DNA from: Polyangiaceae bacterium
Lineage (GTDB): Bacteria > Myxococcota_A > Polyangia > Polyangiales > Polyangiaceae
Length of the DNA: 56,266 nt
NCBI GenBank assembly: GCA_044222475.1
Contig: JBGANF010000043.1
Coordinates: 1 to 56,266, forward strand
Reading direction: 5' to 3'
Shown here: positions 47,415-56,077 of the stretch, one piece after another
Layout of the letters: every line of letters begins with the position of its first letter
Numbering within the stretch: the stretch's first letter is position 1
Program-made: the position numbers and the translations under genes
The notes under the pieces: model-generated
What the model saw: only the letters and a program-made list of their open reading frames with translations
What the model was told of the DNA's origin: nothing
Database searches by the model: none

Positions 47415-48626
47415 GTGACGTCGCAGGCCGAACGCTACCTCGACGCCGAGACCGTCAAGCGGCTCCTCGGCGGAGAGAGCGCGATCCCGAAGGCAGGCGA
47501 TCTCGTCGCCGGCAAGTACCGGATCCTCGGCGCGATCGGCGAAGGCGGCGTCGGCACGATCCTCGAGGCCCACCACGAGCTCCTCGACAAGGACGTCGCG
47601 CTCAAGCTGATCGCGCTCGAGTCCGCTCCCAACGCGAGCAGCTCGGCGCTCGCGGAGCGCTTCCTCATCGAAGCGCGGGCCGCGGCCAAGGTGGAGAGCC
47701 CGCACGTCGCCCGCGTCATGGACGTGGGCAAGCTCGACAACGGCGCGCCGTTCATGGTCATGGAGCGCCTGGAAGGGTGCAACCTCGAGGAGCTGTTGAC
47801 CCTCGAAGGAGCGCTGTCGGTCACGGATACGGTCGACTACGTCATGCAGGCGCTCCAAGGCCTCGCGCACGCGCACGTGCTCGGCGTCGTGCACCGCGAT
47901 CTCAAGCCGGCGAACCTGTTCCTCGCGCGGCAGCCGGATGGAAGCTCGGTGATCAAGATCGTCGACTTCGGGATTGCCATGCTTCTCGACGACGCGGGGC
48001 GTCGTCAGGTGTCGACCCGTGTCACCGGGAGCGGCGTGTTGGTCGGCTCGCCGATGTACATGTCGCCGGAGCAGGTCCGCGACGAGGAGCACATCGATCA
48101 CCGCACCGACATCTGGTCGGTGGGCGTGGTCCTCCACGAGCTGCTCACCGGCAAGCTGCCGTTCGGCACGAACGCGGTCGGCATGGGCGAGATCTTCGGC
48201 GCCATCCTCGAAGAGCCGCTCGTACCTGCGTCCCAGCTTCGTGCCGGAGTTCCGAAGGAGATCGACGCGATCATCGCGCGGTGCCTGGCGCGCAAGGTCG
48301 ACGATCGCTACTCCGACGTCGCGGAGATCGCGCGGGCGATCGCGCCGTTCGGCAGCGGCAAGTGGAACCACCTCGTCGAGACGATCGAGCAGTCGTTTCG
48401 CGCGCGCATCGTGCGCATGACGGGCCCCGAGGCGTTCGCGCCGATGGCGGTGCCGATCGTCATGACGCCGGAGGAGACACCGGAGCCACCGAAGCCCGCG
48501 CCGGAGCCAGAGCCGCTCGTGGCGAAGTCGGCACCGCCCGCGCCGCGATCGAGCACCACGTGGGTGCTCGTGCTCTTGATCGTCGTCGGTGCCGGTGTGG
48601 CAGGTTGGATCCTGCTCGGCAGATGA
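47415..48626 (+). CDS. Ser/Thr protein kinase with C-terminal TM
   Basis: GEGGVG, VALK, HRDLKPAN, DFG and GSPMYMSPE motifs. GTG start at 47415 chosen from the upstream TATTCT. Confidence 0.92.
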   Translation: MTSQAERYLDAETVKRLLGGESAIPKAGDLVAGKYRILGAIGEGGVGTILEAHHELLDKDVALKLIALESAPNASSSALAERFLIEARAAAKVESPHVARVMDVGKLDNGAPFMVMERLEGCNLEELLTLEGALSVTDTVDYVMQALQGLAHAHVLGVVHRDLKPANLFLARQPDGSSVIKIVDFGIAMLLDDAGRRQVSTRVTGSGVLVGSPMYMSPEQVRDEEHIDHRTDIWSVGVVLHELLTGKLPFGTNAVGMGEIFGAILEEPLVPASQLRAGVPKEIDAIIARCLARKVDDRYSDVAEIARAIAPFGSGKWNHLVETIEQSFRARIVRMTGPEAFAPMAVPIVMTPEETPEPPKPAPEPEPLVAKSAPPAPRSSTTWVLVLLIVVGAGVAGWILLGR

Positions 48627-49120
48627 GGCTCGTGCACCGCACGTCCCTGGCGTTCCTGCTTCTGGCGATCGGTTGCGGAGGCGGACGCACGCGTACGCCG
48701 ACGCAAGGTCCCATCACGGTGAGCGGAACGTGCGCCGCGGAGTCGGCGGGCGACCAGGACGGCTACAGCCTGGATCTCACGCACTCTTGGGACGCGTCTC
48801 ACTCGTCGCTCGAGATCTCCATCGATCACGGAAGGCTGACGATGGCGCGACTCGAAGCCGGCGGCCTCGATCTCGCGAAGAGCGGCGATGGCCGGGGAGA
48901 GGTCGTCTTGAAGGCGTACCGTGGAGAGGTACACCCCAACGCACCGCTCGTGGTCGGCGAGTGGGTGTCGTTGACGGTCCCGCTCGCGCGCGTCGAGGAC
49001 GGTGCGCCGGGAGCGGCGGCGCAGGTCAAGGTGCGGGTCCTCGGTGCGGACATGGAGTTCACGGGGGGTACCTCGCCGATCAAGGGCGCGTGCTCCTGGG
49101 GAACGCCGGAGACGCCGTAG
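48623..49120 (+). CDS. Lipoprotein, hypothetical
   Basis: LLLAIGC lipobox; ATGA overlap with the kinase gene. Confidence 0.65.
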   Translation: MRLVHRTSLAFLLLAIGCGGGRTRTPTQGPITVSGTCAAESAGDQDGYSLDLTHSWDASHSSLEISIDHGRLTMARLEAGGLDLAKSGDGRGEVVLKAYRGEVHPNAPLVVGEWVSLTVPLARVEDGAPGAAAQVKVRVLGADMEFTGGTSPIKGACSWGTPETP

Positions 49121-49163
49121 CTAGCTAGTACCGTCGTGAACGTCTGCGGTAACGCGGCACCGA

Positions 49164-49185
49164 TCGTCGACGTTGACGTCGACGA
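49164..49185. terminator. Perfect palindrome between convergent genes (possible bidirectional terminator or binding site)
   Basis: TCGTCGACGT-TG-ACGTCGACGA; no U-tract. Confidence 0.35.
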
Positions 49186-49196
49186 ATCGCCGGCCG

Positions 49197-50489
49197 TCAC
49201 ACCGGCGCCACGAGCGGAGGCTGACCGGTCACCTCGCAGACCGCAGTCCACAGCTCGCGATCGACGCGACGCGTGTGCGAGATCGCGAGCGGGATCGGCA
49301 CGTGGACGAACACACCATGATAGCGGCCGACCACGACGTCGGTGCGCCCCGCCATCGCTGCGTGCACGGCGTGACGCCCGAGCTCCGAGCAGTACACCGC
49401 GTCGGTGCCGTTCGCCGGAGCGGCGCGGATCGTGTAGCTCGGATCGATGTACTTGATCGTGACGGGGATCTTCGCGTGGGCGAAGTGCTCCTTGAGCGCA
49501 TCGCGGAGGTGCGGCCCGACGTCGAGTCCGTCGCTCGCGTAGCGCACGTTGCCCGCCTCGTCCCGGGGCTCGGCGCCGCTCGATCCGAGCGACGCACCGC
49601 ATCCCTCGGCGATGACGATGACGGCGTGTCCGCGGCGCTCGATCCGATGCTTCACCGCCGCGAGGAGGCCATGCTCACCGTGCATCTGAACGGGGAACTC
49701 CGGGAGGAGGCAGAAGTTCGCCTCCGAGCTGGCGAGCGTGGCCGCGGCCGCGATGAAGCCGGCATCGCGGCCCATGAGCTTCACGATGCCGATGCCGTTG
49801 CGTGCGCCGCACGCCTCCGTGTGCGCGGCGTCGATCGCGATGCGCGCCATGTCGACCGCGGTCTCGAAGCCGAACGTCTTGTCGAGGTACGGGATGTCGT
49901 CGTCGATCGTCTTCGGCAACGCCACGATCGCGGTCGAGCGGCCGAGCGCGGCGAGCTCTCGGTGGATCGCGTGCGCGCCGTTCAGCGTCCCGTTGCCGCC
50001 GACGGCGAACAGCACGTCGATCGAAAGACGGGCGAGCGTCGCCGCGAGGTCGGCGGCCTCGTGGCGCTTGCGCGACGTACCGAGAAAGGATCCACCGAGG
50101 CGGTGGACGTTGCGAACGTGCTCCGGCCGGAGGTGCATCGGAGTGAGCCCGGAGTCGGGGGCGAGCCCGTCGAAGCCGTAGCGGAAGCCGAGGACCTCGG
50201 CGACGCCGTACCCGTGGTGAAGCTCGAAGAAGAGCGAGCGGACGGCGTTGTTGATCCCCGGACACAGCCCGCCGCACGTCACGATGCCGGCGCGCACCTT
50301 GCGGGGCGAGAAGTAGAGGTGCTTTCGAGGACCGGCCTTCTCGAACGCCTGATCCGCGCGTAGAGGGGACTCGGTCGAGTACCGCGGCTCGGCGAGGACG
50401 CGCTCGTCGTCTTCGACCCACGCCCGTCCCACGAGAGGCGACGCGATGGTCGCCGGGCCGAGCTGCTTCGTCGAGTACGCCGCGTCCAT
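49197..50489 (-). CDS. pfkA: ATP-dependent 6-phosphofructokinase (group X / plant-like)
   Basis: FEKAGPR, IVTCGGLCPGINN, GGSFLGTSR, PKTID, FGFETAV, KLMGRDAGFIA and KYIDPSYTIRA motifs. Start may instead be 50504. Confidence 0.9.
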   Translation of the reverse strand: MDAAYSTKQLGPATIASPLVGRAWVEDDERVLAEPRYSTESPLRADQAFEKAGPRKHLYFSPRKVRAGIVTCGGLCPGINNAVRSLFFELHHGYGVAEVLGFRYGFDGLAPDSGLTPMHLRPEHVRNVHRLGGSFLGTSRKRHEAADLAATLARLSIDVLFAVGGNGTLNGAHAIHRELAALGRSTAIVALPKTIDDDIPYLDKTFGFETAVDMARIAIDAAHTEACGARNGIGIVKLMGRDAGFIAAAATLASSEANFCLLPEFPVQMHGEHGLLAAVKHRIERRGHAVIVIAEGCGASLGSSGAEPRDEAGNVRYASDGLDVGPHLRDALKEHFAHAKIPVTIKYIDPSYTIRAAPANGTDAVYCSELGRHAVHAAMAGRTDVVVGRYHGVFVHVPIPLAISHTRRVDRELWTAVCEVTGQPPLVAPV

Positions 50490-50512
50490 GCCGAGGCTCA
50501 CCATAGCGCGGG

Positions 50513-51583
50513 TCAGCGGCGCGGGAACAGCAGCTGCAGGGGCAGCGACACGCGCGAAGCCCACGACGCCGCGTCGTGCGAGTGACCGGGGAACACCAGG
50601 GTGTGGAGGTCGACGCCGGGCGCGTACTCGTAGCCGGCGAGCGCGTGCGCCATCGAGCGCATGTCGTGGTAGCCGTCGCGCGCGTTCACGTCGGGCTCGT
50701 CGGCGCGGAGGGCAGCGCCCGAGTCGATGTAGAGCGACGGGCGGGGCTCGGGCACCGGGCCGCGCTCGGCCATCCGCACCGTCCACCGGTGAGCCCACCA
50801 GAACGAGCTCGAGAGACACGCCGCCTTGCCGAAGACGTCGGGCCGCGTCCACGCCGCGAAGAACGCGAAGAGGCCTCCCATCGACGAGCCGAGGATCCCC
50901 GTGTTCGTTCGCTCGGGTCGGGTGCGGTAGGTGCGATCGACGTGTGGCCGCAGGACGTCGACGAGGTCTTGGAGCAGCGCCGGCGCCTCGCCGCCGCCCA
51001 TCTCGGGATCGCGCACCGGCGTCAGTCGCTCTTTGCGGCGCTCGGCGGTGTGAACCCCGACGACGATGAGCTCTTCGATCGCATCGAGCTCGTCGAGCTG
51101 GTCCATGATCGCATCCAGTCGCCACACACCGTACGGATCGGTCGACGTGGTCCACAGCGCTTGGCCGTCGAGCGCGTAGAGCACGGGGTAGTGCTTCCGC
51201 TCCTGCTCCGCGTAGGTCTGCGGGAGCAACACGTCGAACTTGATCGGTCCGCTCTTGCCCTGGAGCGTGGCCGTCGGCTGGAGCGTGCAGCGCACGCAAT
51301 CGAACGACGGCTCGAGGACGATGTGCTCGCCCGACTGGACGACGTAGTTGCGACCGTTTTGCCACGCCTCTTCGTCGCGGACGACCTTGAGCTCCAGGAT
51401 CTCCCCCGGCGGCACGTCGACGCGAAACGTGTGACGGTCACCGTGTACCGAAGTGGGAAACGTCGTCGCATCCCACGAGAGCGGGAGGTGGCTGCCGCGG
51501 AGCCCGATGAGCCAGCGGGCCGCAGGATAGATCACCTCGACGATGGTGGGTCGCGCGTGGGGGACGATGCTGGTGCGGTTCAA
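50513..51583 (-). CDS. Alpha/beta-hydrolase (putative esterase family) with N-terminal CBM20-like domain
   Basis: LRGSHLPLSW...WQNGRN CBM-like segment; YPVLYALDGQ, GSSMGG, LYIDSG and GHSH motifs. TTG start inferred from TAGAGT. Confidence 0.82.
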   Translation of the reverse strand: MNRTSIVPHARPTIVEVIYPAARWLIGLRGSHLPLSWDATTFPTSVHGDRHTFRVDVPPGEILELKVVRDEEAWQNGRNYVVQSGEHIVLEPSFDCVRCTLQPTATLQGKSGPIKFDVLLPQTYAEQERKHYPVLYALDGQALWTTSTDPYGVWRLDAIMDQLDELDAIEELIVVGVHTAERRKERLTPVRDPEMGGGEAPALLQDLVDVLRPHVDRTYRTRPERTNTGILGSSMGGLFAFFAAWTRPDVFGKAACLSSSFWWAHRWTVRMAERGPVPEPRPSLYIDSGAALRADEPDVNARDGYHDMRSMAHALAGYEYAPGVDLHTLVFPGHSHDAASWASRVSLPLQLLFPRR

Positions 51584-51651
51584 CGACTCCACTCTAGCCT
51601 CGACCGCGATGGATCGGGCGCACGACCCGCGCCGTGCTACGTTTTCGCGCG

Positions 51652-52944
51652 ATGGATCCCGCACACGAGACCGTGGCGCTCGAAGGGATTCGCCGCTCGC
51701 TCGGCGCGATCCCGTTCTACGCGAAACACCGCGAGCTGGCGGCGGCGGCCGCTCACTCACGCTCGCTCGACGACGTCCTGGCCGAGCTTCCGCTGCTCTT
51801 CAAGAAGGACGTGCGCTCGGCGCTCCCGAAGGCGTGGCTCCCAGCCGGGCGCGACCCGCGCGCCGAGCTCGCCGGCGGTGACCTCGAGATGGTCGAGACC
51901 AGCGGGAGCACCGAAGAGCGCTTGCGCATCCTCTGGGACAAAGGCTGGTGGCTGAGGCAAGAGGAGCGCGCGATGCGGACGAACCCCGTCGTCGCGCGGT
52001 GGCTCGACGATCCGGCCTATCGCGAGGCCATCCTCACGACGCCGGTGTGCGGCGGCGGGGTGTGCCACACCGGTGATCTCTCGTACGAAGAGCGCTGCGA
52101 CGAGCACCGCGTCTTCCTCAACATGAAGCCCGACCCGACGTTCTGGCGCGAGCCCGACATGGATCGGATGATCGACGAGATCGCACGCCACCGCACCGTC
52201 GGTCTGGAGGCCGACCCGGCGTACCTCGCCGCGCTCGCGCGTCACGCCGCGAAGACCGGCAAGCGCATCGAGGTCTCGGGCTTCACCCAGCTCACCTATG
52301 CGATGACGACGCGCGCGCACATCCACTCGATCCGGCTCGCCTACGACGGCCCGATTTACCAGCTCTACGGCGCGAGCGAGGTCGGCGTCCTCTTCATGGA
52401 GAGCGACGACGGATACTTGCATCATGCACCTTTCACGACCCACGTGGAGCTGCTGCCCGCGCGGGTCGAGACGCCCGGCGCCGAAGACGTCGCGCTCGTC
52501 GTCGTGAGCACCCTCGACCGCGTTGCGCAGCCCCTCCTCCGCTTCGTCGTCGGCGATCTCGTGCAGGTCGCGCCCCACGCGGCGCGGCGCTACACGTCGG
52601 TCCCTTCGCTCCGGAGCATCGAGGGGCGCGTGCAGGACGCCGTCGTCCGTCCCGACGGCGCGCTCGTCACGACTGGAGCGATCGACCGAGCCGTCTTCGG
52701 CGTCGTCGATCGCGTGCAGGACTACCAGGTCACCCAGGAGACGAAAGACTCGGTCACGGTCGACGTCGTCCCGCGCGGCGAGGGTGACGGCGAGGCCGCC
52801 ATCGCGGACGCCCTCGCGCCGCTGTTCCGCGGGCTCACGGTCACCGTTCGGAAGAGCGCGGCGATCCAAGCGGAGGCGAGCGGCAAGTTCCGCGTCGTCC
52901 GGCGCGCGTTCCCGATCGACGTGGCAAAGCTGTTCGCGCGATGA
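51652..52944 (+). CDS. Phenylacetate-CoA ligase-like adenylate-forming enzyme
   Basis: IPFYA, LPLLFK, ETSGST, YGASEVG, LLRFVVGD, IEGR and SGKFR motifs. Confidence 0.8.
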   Translation: MDPAHETVALEGIRRSLGAIPFYAKHRELAAAAAHSRSLDDVLAELPLLFKKDVRSALPKAWLPAGRDPRAELAGGDLEMVETSGSTEERLRILWDKGWWLRQEERAMRTNPVVARWLDDPAYREAILTTPVCGGGVCHTGDLSYEERCDEHRVFLNMKPDPTFWREPDMDRMIDEIARHRTVGLEADPAYLAALARHAAKTGKRIEVSGFTQLTYAMTTRAHIHSIRLAYDGPIYQLYGASEVGVLFMESDDGYLHHAPFTTHVELLPARVETPGAEDVALVVVSTLDRVAQPLLRFVVGDLVQVAPHAARRYTSVPSLRSIEGRVQDAVVRPDGALVTTGAIDRAVFGVVDRVQDYQVTQETKDSVTVDVVPRGEGDGEAAIADALAPLFRGLTVTVRKSAAIQAEASGKFRVVRRAFPIDVAKLFAR

Positions 52945-54137
52945 CGCTCGCCGATCACGTGCGGCCCGAGTTCCCGCTCCTGAAGCGGGAGTACGACGGG
53001 AAGCCGCTCGTCTTCCTCGACAGCGCGTCGACGACGCCGAAGCCGCGCCCGGTGATCGACGCGGTGATGGACTACTACGAGAACCGAACGGCCAACGTGC
53101 ACCGCGGCGTGCACCTCCTCGGCGAAGAGGCGACCGATGCCTACGAAGCGGCCCGCATCGAGATCGCTTCGCTCATCGGTGGACGCCCCTCGGAGACCAT
53201 CTTCGTCCGCGGCACGACCGAAGCGATCAACCTGGTCGCCCACGGGATGCGGCTGAAGGAAGACGACGAGATCGTGTTCGCCGCGAGCGAGCACCACGCC
53301 AACTTCCTGCCCTGGCGCGTCCACGGGAAGCCAGTCATCGTCCCGATCGACGCCGAGGGCATCCCACTTTGGTACAAGGTGCCCGAGCTCATCGGCCCGC
53401 GGACCCGGCTCCTCGCGATCGGTCACGTCTCGAACGTCACCGGCGCGATCGCCCCCGTGCGCTTCCTCGTCGACGAGGCGAAGAAGCGCGGCGTCCCGGT
53501 GCTGCTCGATGCCGCGCAGTCGCTGAGCCACCTCCCGCTCGACGTCACGAAGCTGGGCGTCGACTTCCTGGCCGCCAGCGCGCACAAGGCGTTCGGCCCG
53601 AGCGGAGTCGGATTCCTGTGGGGGACGACGGAGCGGCTCGCCGAGCTCGCGCTGTATCAAGTCGGCGGCGGCATGGTGGCCATGAACGAGACCGACCGCA
53701 TGGTCCCGCGCGACGTGCCCTTCCGCTTCGAGGCGGGAACGCCGGCGATCGAAGCCGCGATCGGCTTCGGCGCGGCCGTGAAGTGGCTCCGCAAGATCGG
53801 GCTCCCGGCGATCGCTGCGCACGATCGCGTGATGCTCGATGCGCTCCTCTCCGGCCTCGACGAGATGCCCGACGTTCGCGTCCTCGGTCGGAAGTTGCCC
53901 CACAGCGAGCGGATCGCGCTCGCCACGTTCGTGGTGGACGCTCCGGGGATGACCCAAGAGAACGTGGCACGGGCCCTCTCCGACACCTACGGGATCTGCG
54001 TCTCCGGTGGGTTCCACTGCGCGCACGTTCTCCACGCCCACGCCAAGCTCGACGGGACCGTGCGGGCGAGCCCCCACGCCTTCAACGATCGCGCGGACCT
54101 CGAGCGACTGTTCGGAGCGCTTCGCGAGCTCGTGTGA
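52941..54137 (+). CDS. Cysteine desulfurase, SufS/CsdA-type (class V PLP aminotransferase)
   Basis: FLDSASTTPKP, ANVHRG, EHHAN, DAAQS, SAHKAFGP, FEAGTP and GFHCA (catalytic Cys). ATGA overlap with the ligase. Confidence 0.88.
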   Translation: MTLADHVRPEFPLLKREYDGKPLVFLDSASTTPKPRPVIDAVMDYYENRTANVHRGVHLLGEEATDAYEAARIEIASLIGGRPSETIFVRGTTEAINLVAHGMRLKEDDEIVFAASEHHANFLPWRVHGKPVIVPIDAEGIPLWYKVPELIGPRTRLLAIGHVSNVTGAIAPVRFLVDEAKKRGVPVLLDAAQSLSHLPLDVTKLGVDFLAASAHKAFGPSGVGFLWGTTERLAELALYQVGGGMVAMNETDRMVPRDVPFRFEAGTPAIEAAIGFGAAVKWLRKIGLPAIAAHDRVMLDALLSGLDEMPDVRVLGRKLPHSERIALATFVVDAPGMTQENVARALSDTYGICVSGGFHCAHVLHAHAKLDGTVRASPHAFNDRADLERLFGALRELV

Positions 54138-54222
54138 GCCTGTGTGAGAGCGCGTGAGCCCGAGACCACATCGTCTCCTCGCGCGAAACGTGCTCGGGAG
54201 GTGCCGGGTGGTGTAAATTGCA

Positions 54223-55095
54223 ATGATGCGGAGAAATGCTCTCGTCGTCAGCGCAGCCCTGTTGCTCACCGCCGCGTGCGGTTCGGATGATCCCGTCGTC
54301 GACGCAGACGCCGCGGTGAACGACGCTGGCATCGGTGACGGCGGCGGCGTGCTCCCGGACGGCGGCGCGTGCGGGCTCGGCGGACTTCCGTGCTGCACCG
54401 GCGGCCAATGTGCGGCCAACACGACGTGCATCGGCGGCACCTGCGCGACCTGTGGTGGCGCGGGACAGGCGTGCTGTCCGGGACGGGTCTGCTCGGCGAG
54501 CTCGGTGTGCACGAACAACACGTGCGCGGCCTGCGGCGGCGCGGGGCAGCCGTGTTGCCCGCTCAACACGTGCGCGGGCGGTGGCTGCTGCACCGGCAAC
54601 AACAACCGAACGTGCACCGCTCCGGCGGCGAACTGTCCGCAAGGCGGCGGGACGTGCACCAACGGCAGCTGCGGGAACTGTGGCGGCTTGAACCAAGCCT
54701 GCTGCAACAACAACCAGTGCAGCGCCAGCGGGACGCGCTGCTCGAACGCGAAGTGCGTCGCGTGCGGCGGCGCAGGGCAGGTCTGCTGCAACAACGACCA
54801 GTGCGGAGCCGGGCTCGGTTGCGCCAACAACCAGTGCGCCACGTGCGGCGGCGCCGGGCAACCCTGCTGCGCGGGGAACACGTGCAGCTCGGGCCTGGGC
54901 TGCGGAAACCAGAACGTGTGCGCGCCGTGTGGCGCCGCGGGACAGACGTGCTGCAACGGGAACGCCTGCACGGGCTCGAACCTCGTCTGCAGCCAAGGCA
55001 ACTGCACCCAGTGTGGGACACCGGGTCTGCGCTGCTGCGCGGGTAATACTTGTACGCAGGGCACCTGCAACACGCAGACGCGCATCTGCCAGTAA
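54223..55095 (+). CDS. Cys-rich tandem-repeat lipoprotein (eight CG-x5-CC units), paralog 1
   Basis: LLTAAC lipobox, DAG linker, then eight units of roughly C-x6-CC-x4-C-x5-C-x4-C. Confidence 0.85.
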   Translation: MMRRNALVVSAALLLTAACGSDDPVVDADAAVNDAGIGDGGGVLPDGGACGLGGLPCCTGGQCAANTTCIGGTCATCGGAGQACCPGRVCSASSVCTNNTCAACGGAGQPCCPLNTCAGGGCCTGNNNRTCTAPAANCPQGGGTCTNGSCGNCGGLNQACCNNNQCSASGTRCSNAKCVACGGAGQVCCNNDQCGAGLGCANNQCATCGGAGQPCCAGNTCSSGLGCGNQNVCAPCGAAGQTCCNGNACTGSNLVCSQGNCTQCGTPGLRCCAGNTCTQGTCNTQTRICQ

Positions 55096-55172
55096 GGTCC
55101 GGCGTTTCCCTTTTTGGGACGATTGCTGCCTGGTCGAATTCTTCCAACGGTACGGATCCGTCGGAGGCTTCG

Positions 55173-56075
55173 ATGAACAAGACTTCTTCTTTCTTCCTCG
55201 GCGTTGCCCTGATCACGGCGGCGTGCGGCGGATCCGATTCGACGGTCGTCATCGACCCCGACGCCAGCACCGGCAACGACAGCGGCATCGGCGCCGACGG
55301 GGGCGTGCTGCCCGACGGCGGAGCGTGCGGGCTCGGCGGCCTCCCGTGCTGCGTGGGCGGTCAGTGCGCCTCCGGCACCACCTGCAACGGCAACACGTGC
55401 GTCACGTGCGGCGGGCCCGGCCAAGCGTGCTGTCCCGGCCGCACCTGCAGCGCTGGGCAAGTCTGCACCGGCGGCGGTGGCGGCGGAAACGTGTGCGCGA
55501 GCTGCGGCGCTCCAGGTCAGCCATGCTGCGAGCTCAACACGTGCGCCGGCGGCGGTTGTTGCGTGGGCGGCAACGGCGGCGCACGGACCTGCACTGGCGC
55601 CACGTCGCAGTGCCCGAACAACGGCGGCGTGTGCGCGAACGGCAGCTGCGGAACGTGCGGGGGTCTGAACCAACCGTGCTGCGGGAACAACAACTGCACC
55701 GCTCCTTCGACGCGCTGCTCGAACAACACGTGCGTCGGTTGCGGCGGCGCCGGCCAAGCGTGCTGCGCGAACGAGACGTGCGGACCGAACCTCGGCTGCG
55801 CGAACAACGTCTGCGGTCAGTGCGGTGGCGCCGGGCAACCCTGCTGCGCCGGACAGATCTGCGGCGGCGGGCTCGGTTGCAGCGACAACAACATCTGCGC
55901 GCAATGCGGTGGCGCGGGCCAGACCTGCTGCGCGAACGAGAAGTGCAACGCCGGCAACCTCGTCTGCGGGCAGAACACCACGTGCACCCAGTGCGGTACG
56001 CCAGGCCTTCCGTGCTGCACGGGCAACACCTGCACCCAAGGCACCTGCAACCAGCAGACGCGCTTCTGCCAGTAG
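55173..56075 (+). CDS. Cys-rich tandem-repeat lipoprotein, paralog 2
   Basis: GGAGG SD and ITAAC lipobox; colinear unit for unit with 54223-55095. Confidence 0.85.
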   Translation: MNKTSSFFLGVALITAACGGSDSTVVIDPDASTGNDSGIGADGGVLPDGGACGLGGLPCCVGGQCASGTTCNGNTCVTCGGPGQACCPGRTCSAGQVCTGGGGGGNVCASCGAPGQPCCELNTCAGGGCCVGGNGGARTCTGATSQCPNNGGVCANGSCGTCGGLNQPCCGNNNCTAPSTRCSNNTCVGCGGAGQACCANETCGPNLGCANNVCGQCGGAGQPCCAGQICGGGLGCSDNNICAQCGGAGQTCCANEKCNAGNLVCGQNTTCTQCGTPGLPCCTGNTCTQGTCNQQTRFCQ

Positions 56076-56077
56076 GC

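Noticed and set aside
54223..56075. Cys-rich repeats as RiPP precursors, metallothioneins or insect-type antifreeze proteins
   Set aside because: Both have lipoprotein signals, which favours disulfides. No radical SAM, YcaO, LanM or peptidase-transporter gene is nearby, and there is no regular TCT 12-mer.
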